Positions 17,510 through 26,100 of a DNA stretch of 34,660 nt are shown here, in pieces. The notes beneath the pieces are model-generated. The model saw nothing but the letters and a program-made list of their open reading frames with translations. It was not told the DNA's origin and ran no database searches. The translations under genes were made by a program, and so were the position numbers. The stretch comes from Candidatus Kuenenia sp. Lineage in GTDB: Bacteria > Planctomycetota > Planctomycetia > Planctomycetales > Planctomycetaceae. The stretch covers positions 1-34,660 of the forward strand of contig JAYSPO010001114.1 of NCBI GenBank assembly GCA_043722015.1, read 5' to 3'. Positions within the stretch are counted from its first letter, which is position 1. Every line of letters starts with the position of its first letter.

Positions 17510-19045
17510 TCAACCCGTGCCAAGGCCGCGGTCGAAGGCTTCTAGTTCGCGCGCATACGTATCGGTGATGGTTTCGAGTGTCCTGCGGGAGATTTTCCAG
17601 GACGGCTGGTCTTCTGTGGCGCGGTTGCAGTGTTCGGTCAGCAGGCGATACAGAAATCGGAAAAGATGCCGAGGTACGCGCAGTTTCGCAAAGCGGGCAA
17701 TCAGATCTTCGCGAGACACGTCGTCTGCAAAGAAATCCCGAATCGTGGATTGGGACGTTTTCGCATTGCCTGCCGCATCGCCTGCAACGGTATCCTCAGG
17801 CTGACACGCGCGGATGCGATTTGTAGCCATGTCGAACAGCGACTCGCCCGTCCATTCCAGCGAATTGATCAGGTTCTGTTTGTCCAGGCGAGAGCGTTCG
17901 TAGAATTCTTTCTCCTCCCGGTTCAGAAAGTAGACGACGTCGCGCGGCAACAACATTTTGAAACCGATGCCCGGATGTTTCAGGAACTTATTGTCGAACA
18001 TCGACCACAGAAAATCCCGCATCCGCTCCGCTGACCCGTTGATCAGATGCGGTTCATCGACGCGATCCACCAGCACAATGATGCTGGTAAATCCCATCGG
18101 CTTCAGTAGTCGTTGAAGTTTGGAAAGTAGTTCGTAACGGTCATCGCTGCGATCGCGGGACGGCATCGGCTGGTCGTCGATTTCCGATGCCGGAAAACGC
18201 GCCAGAATTTTACGCAGCGACGACGTTCCGTGTTCCAGAATTCGCACCTGCTTTGCGATCTGTCGAGCCCGCCACCAGAGCGAGACCGTCCGTTTCAGAT
18301 ACGGAATCCAGCCGACCGCAATGATCACGTAAAGCCACCACGACTTGAGTGCACTCAGCGTTTTCAGACCGTCCGCCCGGAACCCGCGCAGAGCAAACAA
18401 CAGGACCATGATCGTGATCAGGACGCCGACCAGGAATCGCCAGTGGACCGTGGGTGTCAGAAAACCAATCCGCCAGCGAATGTCCTTCCAGCGCCGCCAG
18501 TGTGACTGATCTGACGATTGATCATAGAACGCCGCCAGCATGAGCAGATCCCGCTTGCGCTGACGTGGCAAGTCGCGAATCTGCTGCAGCGAGATATCCG
18601 GATCTGTTGTGTGTCGATCGGCGATGACGTTACACAAACGCCGTGTGCTGAGCGTCAACAGGGCGTCCATATGATCCCACAATCGCCATTCCTTCAATGC
18701 CAGATCCGGGTTTCGCTTACGGCCTCGCAGGCGATCGCGGAACGTATCCAGAAACGGATTCAGGTCATCGTAGCTGATAACGAAACACCGTTCGGCGGGA
18801 TACCTGTGATTGTGTTCCTTCAGGGCTGTAATCAGTTGCAGCCGAATGGCCGTCTTGCCTGAGCCTTTCTCTCCAAATACGATCGATGTACTGGGATTGC
18901 GGCAATCACCCAGGACTTTGTCCCATGCCGGATGATGAATCGTTTCTGCACAGTGCTGCTGGAAAATATGGTCCGACTGTGCGTCTTCCTGGCTGAACGG
19001 ATTGATGTTGACTCCGTAGTGTTCAAGGAATTGTTGAATCTTCAT
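17510..19045 (-). CDS. KAP-like P-loop NTPase with a membrane hairpin inserted in the NTPase domain
   Basis: Walker A is GEKGSGKT (18851-18874), followed by a beta-strand-like CFVISYDD. Two hydrophobic helices, FLVGVLITIMVLLFAL and WWLYVIIAVGWIPYL, lie at about 18290-18463. Walker B-like IIVLVDRVDE follows about 260 aa after Walker A. The N-terminus FLEHYGVNINPF resembles ExeA/KAP-type leaders. Confidence 0.6.
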   Translation of the reverse strand: MKIQQFLEHYGVNINPFSQEDAQSDHIFQQHCAETIHHPAWDKVLGDCRNPSTSIVFGEKGSGKTAIRLQLITALKEHNHRYPAERCFVISYDDLNPFLDTFRDRLRGRKRNPDLALKEWRLWDHMDALLTLSTRRLCNVIADRHTTDPDISLQQIRDLPRQRKRDLLMLAAFYDQSSDQSHWRRWKDIRWRIGFLTPTVHWRFLVGVLITIMVLLFALRGFRADGLKTLSALKSWWLYVIIAVGWIPYLKRTVSLWWRARQIAKQVRILEHGTSSLRKILARFPASEIDDQPMPSRDRSDDRYELLSKLQRLLKPMGFTSIIVLVDRVDEPHLINGSAERMRDFLWSMFDNKFLKHPGIGFKMLLPRDVVYFLNREEKEFYERSRLDKQNLINSLEWTGESLFDMATNRIRACQPEDTVAGDAAGNAKTSQSTIRDFFADDVSREDLIARFAKLRVPRHLFRFLYRLLTEHCNRATEDQPSWKISRRTLETITDTYARELEAFDRGLGTG

Positions 19046-19070
19046 GATGCTGTGACTTTAATGTTCAACG

Positions 19071-19637
19071 TCAGTTCCATTCCGGATTGCGAACGTCGTG
19101 CGGCAGCACGCGAGTCATGCGATGTAGTTTTCGCATACAGACTTCCCAGAGGCCGTAAGGATCTTCCTCCAGCAACAGACTTCCGGTGGATGACAACACG
19201 TTCCAGTCGCCGCGCGCCATCTCACTCTCCAACTGACCTGCACCCCAGCCGGCATATCCGCTGATGAGTCGGAACTGGATGTTCATGTCCGGCGGCACTT
19301 TCTTTCGGACCACTTCATCAAACGAAGTTTCACTGCCTGCGAGAAATAGTCCCGGCGAGATTTCCTGATCCTGTTTGCCCAGCGTCACGCAGTTGTGGAG
19401 CACGAAGAGTGCATTTTGCTCAACAGGCCCGCCGCAAAAAACAGGGGCATCAATGCCGTTGACCGGGTCATGCTGCGCCAGTGCTTTTCCGATCGTGGTG
19501 CTGGTCGGGCGATTCACAATGAGCCCCATCGCGCTTTCCGACGTGTGTTCGAGCATCAACACCACGCTGCGATAAAAATTCGGGTCGCGCAGGTGATGCG
19601 CGGAGATCAGAAACGACCCCTGGAGTGAAACGGTCAT
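19071..19637 (-). CDS. YqgE/AlgH family protein (UPF0301)
   Basis: LQGSFLISAHHLRDPNFYRSVVLMLEHTSESAMGLIVNRP matches the family's N-terminal consensus. ATG 19637 is preferred over the listed TTG 19652. Confidence 0.8.
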   Translation of the reverse strand: MTVSLQGSFLISAHHLRDPNFYRSVVLMLEHTSESAMGLIVNRPTSTTIGKALAQHDPVNGIDAPVFCGGPVEQNALFVLHNCVTLGKQDQEISPGLFLAGSETSFDEVVRKKVPPDMNIQFRLISGYAGWGAGQLESEMARGDWNVLSSTGSLLLEEDPYGLWEVCMRKLHRMTRVLPHDVRNPEWN

Positions 19638-19688
19638 AAGTGGCCTCACCAAATCGGGCGAGAACGGTTGTGGACAGGAAATTGAGAG

Positions 19689-19772
19689 GCTTTAAAAAAG
19701 GCGTCAGGAACCAATCGTGCGGAGCACCCTCTGGGCCGTTTGGCTATTGGTTCCTGACTCCTTTTTTAAAGC
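19689..19772. repeat. Long imperfect hairpin (27-bp arms, 30-nt loop) in a divergent intergenic region
   Basis: GCTTTAAAAAAGGCGTCAGGAACCAAT (19689-19715) pairs with ATTGGTTCCTGACTCCTTTTTTAAAGC (19746-19772) with one mismatch. It lies between the starts of the YqgE-like gene and cutC. Confidence 0.85.
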
Positions 19773-19876
19773 GTACGGGAAAAACAGCCGTAGTGTGTTA
19801 TGATGACGATCTTGTTCAAGGCGGCAATGCCGATTTTTTGCTGTGATTACAAAAAAGTCCGGAAGATCTGCCTGGC

Positions 19877-20671
19877 ATGAATACTCCGCAACTGAACCCG
19901 GATCTGCATGTCGAGCTTTGCACTGGCGGCATTGATGATGTGCAGCTTGCCGCAGATTTGCAGGTCGATCGGATTGAACTCAACTGCGGCATGGCGGTTG
20001 GAGGCCTCACACCGCCCGCAGGCCTTGTCGCAGCAGCAAGGCGGATTTTTTCTGGTCCGATCATCGCGATGGTGCGTCCGCGCGAGGCGGGGTTTGCATA
20101 TTCGAAGGCAGAATTTACGCAAATGCTGGACGACTGCGAATTCCTGCTGGCGTCCGGAATCAACGGCATCGCCATCGGATGCCTGATGCCGGATGGCAAC
20201 ATTGATCTTGATCGATGCACACAGCTCCGTCGCATGTTTCCCGGAACAACGCTCGTCTGCCACAAGGCGTTCGATGTGACTCCGGATTTGCAGATTGCCA
20301 GTCGGCAGCTGATCGACTGCGGCTTCAACCGCATCCTGACGAGCGGTGGATGTGCCGCCGCGATTGACGGATGTCCCACGATTCGAAGTCTGCTCGACGC
20401 CTGGGGCAGCCAGATTGAATACGTTGTCGGTGGCGGCGTGCGAGCTCACAATCTCGAATTGATTGTTCGTGAATCAGGCTGCGATCAGATTCACACGGCC
20501 GTGCGCGGCGTGGTTGTGGATCCGTCCACGCACGGCAATGCTGCGCTGGATTTCGGCAACATCCACAATGACGGACTCGCAGGCTACGGTGCTGCTGACG
20601 GATCGCAACTTCGCGAACTGATGGCCGTCGCCTCAAGGATTTCCGAACGACGTTGTGTGACGGAGGCGTGA
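19877..20671 (+). CDS. cutC: Copper homeostasis protein CutC family
   Basis: LHVELCTGGIDDVQLAADLQVDRIELNCGMAVGGLTPPAGLV matches the CutC N-terminal TIM-barrel consensus (the LEVC...A...GADRIELC...GGLTPS pattern). Confidence 0.85.
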   Translation: MNTPQLNPDLHVELCTGGIDDVQLAADLQVDRIELNCGMAVGGLTPPAGLVAAARRIFSGPIIAMVRPREAGFAYSKAEFTQMLDDCEFLLASGINGIAIGCLMPDGNIDLDRCTQLRRMFPGTTLVCHKAFDVTPDLQIASRQLIDCGFNRILTSGGCAAAIDGCPTIRSLLDAWGSQIEYVVGGGVRAHNLELIVRESGCDQIHTAVRGVVVDPSTHGNAALDFGNIHNDGLAGYGAADGSQLRELMAVASRISERRCVTEA

Positions 20672-20673
20672 CG

Positions 20674-20973
20674 ATGACGCAATCACTGCCGATCATCGAA
20701 TCGTGCGATCACTGTTCTGCCTGCTGTCGTCGGACCCCGATTCCGCCATTTCAACCGGGTGAGGAATTTGTCTGGAACGTCCCTCCGGAATGGCTGATCC
20801 CCGTGGAGCAACGAATTGCGGCTGATCAGCAGTTTGAACTTCTGCCGTGCGTCTGGCTGGATCGGGACTCCGACCGCTGCCTGCATTACGACTTTCGTCC
20901 CCAGGCCTGCCGCGACTTTCAGATCAACAGCGATCTGTGTCGTCTGTCGCGCTGGGATGAGGAGGCGGGGTGA
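20674..20973 (+). CDS. YkgJ-family cysteine-cluster protein (UPF0153)
   Basis: The CxxCxxCC box is CDHCSACC, with a second cluster CVWLD...RCLHYDFRPQACRDF. ATG 20674 lies 3 nt after the cutC TGA, with GGAGG at 20662-20666. Confidence 0.75.
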   Translation: MTQSLPIIESCDHCSACCRRTPIPPFQPGEEFVWNVPPEWLIPVEQRIAADQQFELLPCVWLDRDSDRCLHYDFRPQACRDFQINSDLCRLSRWDEEAG

Positions 20974-21148
20974 CATCGAGTGAATTTCGGTGTGTGGCCC
21001 TTATCGTATGTTGCCCGATTTCGTGGACTCTACAGGATTCTATGTGCGATTAAGAAAACCGAGTTTACAGGTTGAATTCAAGCCCAACGAGCCGGCGCTA
21101 TGTGAGCCGGAGGCATCGTCCCTTGTCATTATCCACGAAAAGCTGACT

Positions 21149-21686
21149 TCAGGACATCAATAATCTCATACCCTCGATTCTTCCATGGAGTTTTTTGTAG
21201 CCAGTCCAGATGGATTGCCAGCCGGGTTCGCCGTCGTGTTTTCGCGCGAGGAAGCCGCCGAGTTTCGCCAGTTCGCGGAAGAATTCGTAAACCGTCAACT
21301 CCTGCCTGGCGAGTTTTGGTTTCATCAGCAGTAACCGGCAGACTTGTCAGCAGAATCCAGCGGATCGGAGTGACGCCTTTCGGAGCGTTGACTTCCTCCA
21401 CTACGAGGATGTTCGTGGCGATATCCCGAATCCCGCAGGACTTGACAAATGGGCTCTTCATTTTCGGCTGCGGCAGCGTCACGTGGGTTGAGCGAACCTG
21501 AATCGATGCGACTCGCGCGGGAACACCCGGACGTGTCCGCAGATGAAGCTCGTAGCTGCCGACCTGTGTGGAATGCGAGACCCCGTCTTCCATCGTCGTC
21601 ATGTCTCCCGATTCCAGCTGCACCACGCGATTGAGCTTTGAAGCTCGAATCAGCCAGTCGCAGCCTTTCTGCACAATGTGACACAT
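21149..21686 (-). pseudogene. IS4/Tn5-like transposase remnant: N-terminally truncated, internally deleted and frameshifted
   Basis: ORF 21129..21686(-) contains ARVASIQVRSTHVTL...TNILVVEEVNAPKGVTPIRWILLTSLPV. This parallels the Tn5 transposase segment ...SLSLRSGRITL...LNAVLAEEINPPKGETPLKWLLLTSEPV, recalled from memory. A different frame (21149-21304) encodes the family's C-terminal tail, ELAKLGGFLARKHDGEPGWQSIWTGYKKL. The DDE-bearing regions before and between these pieces are absent. Confidence 0.8.
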
Positions 21687-21801
21687 GGCTTCACCTTCCC
21701 TGACCAGCGTTTTACTCCTTCTGATCCTCCTTGATCATCGAAGCGGAATTTAACAAATTGATTTACCACAGAGGACCCAACGCGGGCTTCGCCCGCAACC
21801 C

Positions 21802-21971
21802 AAAGTAGCCATCACGCTCCGCCGTGATGAGCATTTGTCAGTCGACATTCATCAACCGAGACAGTTTTCCACGACCAGCCCCGTTTCATGGCCTGAAGAA
21901 CAATCAGCGCGGGCACTCCATTCAGGTGGCCCAGTTCAATGCTCGTCACGGCGGAGCGTGACGGCTACTTT
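21802..21971. repeat. MITE-like element with ~34-bp imperfect terminal inverted repeats around a ~102-bp core
   Basis: AAAGTAGCCATCACGCTCCGCCGTGATGAGCATT (21802-21835) matches the reverse complement of 21938-21971 (AAAGTAGCCGTCACGCTCCGCCGTGACGAGCATT), with 2 mismatches. Each arm carries an internal hairpin (CATCACG-ctccgc-CGTGATG). A GCGGGC-ttc-GCCCGC hairpin lies just upstream at 21782-21796. Confidence 0.8.
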
Positions 21972-22198
21972 TCGATTTTACCCTCATCGAGTCCGAACCC
22001 CGGTGAGAACAAAGTTGATGCACGAGAACAACCTCTACAAATTGCCGCCTGAAGATCTTGGCGGAGCAACAAGAAATCCACTGTTAGTCGTACAGACCAT
22101 TCAAGTCAACAACAATCGGCGTGCTCCGGTAGCAGACTTGCATGAATCTATCGCAGTTTCGGCCCCCCCCGCGCTCAGAAGCTGCGATTACTTTAGCT

Positions 22199-22440
22199 TG
22201 GACATTCATGTCCGAGATAAGCACCTCGGCAGAAGTCGTTTGGCATCATATCGTTTAACCGCGTGAGTAACGCCCCGCGATTGGCAGCGCAGCGCGGCCC
22301 GATGGGCACGCGGTTAAACGGAGAAACTTCTGCACTGATGATTATTGGCCACGCACCGTCGCAATGTCGAATGACGGTGAAGGCACAACGACGATCGCTT
22401 CGACAGTGTTTCATGGACATGCGACGGACATGAATGTCCA
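22199..22440. repeat. Degenerate foldback element with a GTTTAAC-terminated inner hairpin
   Basis: The outer pair is TGGACATTCATGTCCG (22199-22214) / CGGACATGAATGTCCA (22425-22440). The inner perfect 14-bp pair is CGTTTAACCGCGTG (22252-22265) / CACGCGGTTAAACG (22307-22320). A shared GCAGAAGT block sits in the same order on both arms, and the arms differ in length. Confidence 0.7.
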
Positions 22441-22697
22441 TCCTACACACCCGCGTTTCGTCTCGACCAGCCCTTCGGCGATCACCACAGTCTCCACAAT
22501 CAGAGCAATGACAGGGCCTTAGCGTTAGCGATCACTCTGGCGCGGTGGTAGGATAATCCCCACAAAGTCCTTCGAAATTGCAATAAATTCGCTTGGTCAG
22601 GAAAGCTTTCGAAGGGGCTTTTTGGGTAGAAGGATTCATACCCGATGCATTTTACGGAGTGCCACTCGTTGTCCCGCAGCCAGGTCAGGAGTCTCCC

Positions 22698-23192
22698 GTG
22701 CCAGTAAGTTCTGACTCTCAGAATCCAGCATCCCAGGTGGATTCTTCCCACCGCGAACCCTTGGCTGTGATCGGGATCGGGTGTCGGCTCCCTGGCGGCA
22801 TCAATTCGGCAGTCGAGTACTGGGACGCTTTACTCCGGGGACTCAACGCCATCTGCGACGTGCCGGAAGACCGCTGGACACATTCGCGGTTTCACGACAC
22901 CAATCCGGAAAAGTTTGGCTGCATCAGGAACGCGCGGGGCGGCTTTATCAACGGCGTCGACCAGTTCGACGCCGAGTTCTTCGGATACTTTCCTGCCGAA
23001 GCCCAGCGGATCGATCCGCAGCAGCGATTACTTCTCGAAGTCACTCACGAAGCAATGGAAGATGCCGGTCTGCGGCGCGATCAGCTGGATGGCGATTGCC
23101 GGCGGCGTCAACGTGATGCTGCGTCCGGAACCGTCGATCATGTTGTCCAAGGGTGGATTTCTGAATCCGGACCAGTACTGCAAGGCGTTTGA
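22698..23192 (+). pseudogene. Type I PKS 5' fragment carrying the N-terminal part of the ketosynthase domain, up to the deletion/frameshift junction
   Basis: GTG 22698 is preceded by AGGAG (22687-22691). The KS N-terminal consensus is EPLAVIGIGCRLPGG...DRWTHSRFHD...GGFINGVDQFDAEFFGYFPAEAQRIDPQQRLLLEVTHEAMEDAG. Homology stops at ...RRDQLDG (23093), and the rest of this frame is non-homologous until the stop at 23192. Confidence 0.85.
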
Positions 23193-26100
23193 CGCAGCTG
23201 CGAATGGCTACGTTCGCGGTGAAGGCGTGGGCATCGTGATCCTGAAGCCGCTCTGTAAGGCGATCGCCGATGGTGACCAGATTTACGCCTGCGTGCGTGC
23301 CACGGCAGCGAATCAGGACGGCTATCTGCCGGAGGGCTTCACCGTGCCCAACGTGTTTTCACAGGTGGCATTGCTGAGGACAGTCTACGCCGAAGCTGGG
23401 ATAGATCCTTCGTTGGTGGACTTTGTTGAAGCCCACGGCACAGGTACGCCCGTAGGCGACCCTGTCGAAGCCTCGGCGCTTGGTTCTGTCCTGGGGTTTG
23501 AGCGAACCGCCGAACAGCCCAACCTGATCATCGGTTCCGTGAAGACGAACCTCGGACATCTGGAAGGTGCCGCAGGCATTGCGGGATTTATCAAAGCGGT
23601 ACTCACAGCGCATCACGGTGTTGCTCCACCGAACTTGCATTTCCACGAACCAAATCCGGCGATTCCATGGGAGCAATATCGTCTGGAGGTGCCTACGCAG
23701 CCGACTTCGCTCAAACGCGGCGACCACCCATTGACAGTGGGTGTCAATTCGTTTGGCGCAGGAGGTGCCAACGCTCATGTCGTGTTGCAATCGCTGGCCA
23801 CAATCAGCCGCAGAGCGCTAGCCCCCGGTTCGGACATGCTTCCCGATAGCAAACCGGACGCTCGCGCGTACCGGCTGATGCCACCTGAACCCCTCGTTCC
23901 TCGCGGCACGTTGTACACCATCAGTTCCTCCAACCGCGATGCATTGCGAACACTGGCACTGCGGCATGCCGACTTCCTGGTTGAAAATCCGCATCGGCTC
24001 GAGGACATCGCCTTTTCCGCATTCACTCGGCGAAGCCATTACGCACAGCTGCTGGCGGTTGTTGGTAAATCTGCAAAGGACGTGGAGAGCCAACTTCGCA
24101 GGTTTGCTGATGGTGAGGCGGATACAACAACCCAAATAACGACGGTCACCCGTCGGAAGGAACCCAAACTCGCCTTCGTATTTTCCGGTCAGGGCGGCCA
24201 GTGGGCTCTGATGGGACTGCAGTTGATGCAGCGTGAACCGGTCTTTCGCCACTGGATGGAAGAAATTGACGCGAGTTTTCAGGGACTGGCGGGCTGGTCC
24301 CTGCTGGACGAGATTCGCAGGGAGGATGGTGAGTCCCGGGTGAACGACACGGTCGTTGTGCAGCCGGCGGTCATGGCGATCCAGATCGCGATGGTCAAAC
24401 TTTACGAGCACTACGGAATCCGGCCAGAAGGAATTGTCGGCCACTCAATCGGCGAAGTCGCGGCGGGATTTGCCGCTGGAGCGTTGACGCTCGAACAAGC
24501 GGTCCAGGTCATTTATCATCGTTCTCAGGCTCAGAATCTGGCTTCCGGCAAAGGCGGTATGCTGGCGGTCGGGCTCACGCAGGAAGACGCCCGCACTCTG
24601 ATCGCGGGTTACGACGGTCGCGTTTCCATCGGAGCCGTAAACGGTCCGGAGATGCTCACATTGTCCGGCGATACAGAACCACTGCAACAGATTGCACAGG
24701 TGCTGGAAACTCGTGGTGTCTTTAATCGACCGGTCCGGGTTCAGGTGGCGTATCACAGCCATCACATGGAACCAATCCGGAATGTCATGCTCGATGCGTT
24801 GATCCATGTGCAAGGGGTCAAAGCCACGATCCCGCTGTACTCCACTGTCACCGGCCATCGCGAAAACGGCGTGCATTTCAATGCGGAGTACTGGTTTCAG
24901 AACGCGCGCCAGCCGGTTCTGTTCACGGACGCCCTGAGCACTATGCTCAAGGACCACTACGACACGTTTGTGGAAATCGGCCCGCATCCTGTGCTGGTGA
25001 GCGGCTCTGAAGCTCTGTTCAGCAAGCGTGACACCGATGCCGTGATGGCTCCGTCGATGAACCGCCGGGATCCCGAGGTGACTGTGTTCCTCCAGAGCCT
25101 GGCACGACTTGCCGCGCGCGGACTTCAGCCGGATGTGACGAGGTTGTATGGTTCCGATTGCGGCTATGTCCGGTTGCCAAATTATCCATGGCAGCACCAT
25201 CGACACTGGTTCGAATCCCCTGCGGCCGCAGCAATGCGCAAGGGGCCTTTCGAGCATCCCTTCCTGAAGCGTAAGACGCAAATGGTCACCGAAGACGGCT
25301 TGGCCGTGTGGGAGGCGGCCCTGAGCGTACAGAAGTTCCCGTACCTTCGCGATCATCAGGTGGATGGCGAAATCGTCTTCCCGGCCACCGGCCACCTGGA
25401 ACTCGCATGGGCTGTGGCAAGTGAACAGTTTCGACACGAACCGTTTTTCCTTGAGAACATTCATTTCGACCTGCCGCTGATCCTGCCCGACAGCAGCCGT
25501 CATCCGCTGGACGTCCGGCTGGAGATCGTTTCCGGCGAAGGTGACTACCGCATCTGCAGTCGAGCAGCCGACAACGCAGTTGAGAATCCATGGACAAAGC
25601 ATTCGTCCGGCCGTATCAATACAGTCCATGACCGATTTGAAAAATCGACAGCCTCGCTCAATGACCTTCGGCAGCATTTTTCTGAAGGCGATGCATTGGC
25701 CGCAGATGCGTTCTACGAGACGATCAGCGCAGCGGGGCTGGCGTATGGAGAGAAATTCCGCTGCATTCAGGAACTGTGGCATCGTGGCCATGAGATGCTC
25801 GCGCAACTGCGGCTGCCTGATGAACTGTTGCACGAGTCGCAGCGGAACGCCATTCACCCGGCAATCCTTGATGCGTGTCTGCATGCTGTATTCGCCGATG
25901 TTCATCGCAACGGCGACGTTCATCGCATCTATCTGCCCTATCGTGTTGACCGGATCCGGTATTACGGCCAACCGACGCGGGATTTGTGGGCCAGCGTTCG
26001 AGTCACGCGCAACGATGAGCACTACCTTCATTCGGATACGTTGATCTTTGATGATGCCGGACTGTTGGTTGCCGAGGTGCTGGGCTTGACCTGTAAGAGA

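Noticed and set aside
21835-22450. ORFs 21835..22266(+) and 22193..22450(-)
   Set aside because: They lie within the repeat and foldback debris between the transposase relic and the PKS. Their reading frames are generated by palindromic repeats, and there is no SD or recognisable domain.
24445-26031. 528-aa ORF on the minus strand
   Set aside because: It is entirely antisense to the AT-DH region of the PKS, whose + strand frame carries unmistakable motifs. Its translation is Arg/His/Cys-rich with no recognisable motifs. This is a typical shadow ORF in GC-rich coding DNA.
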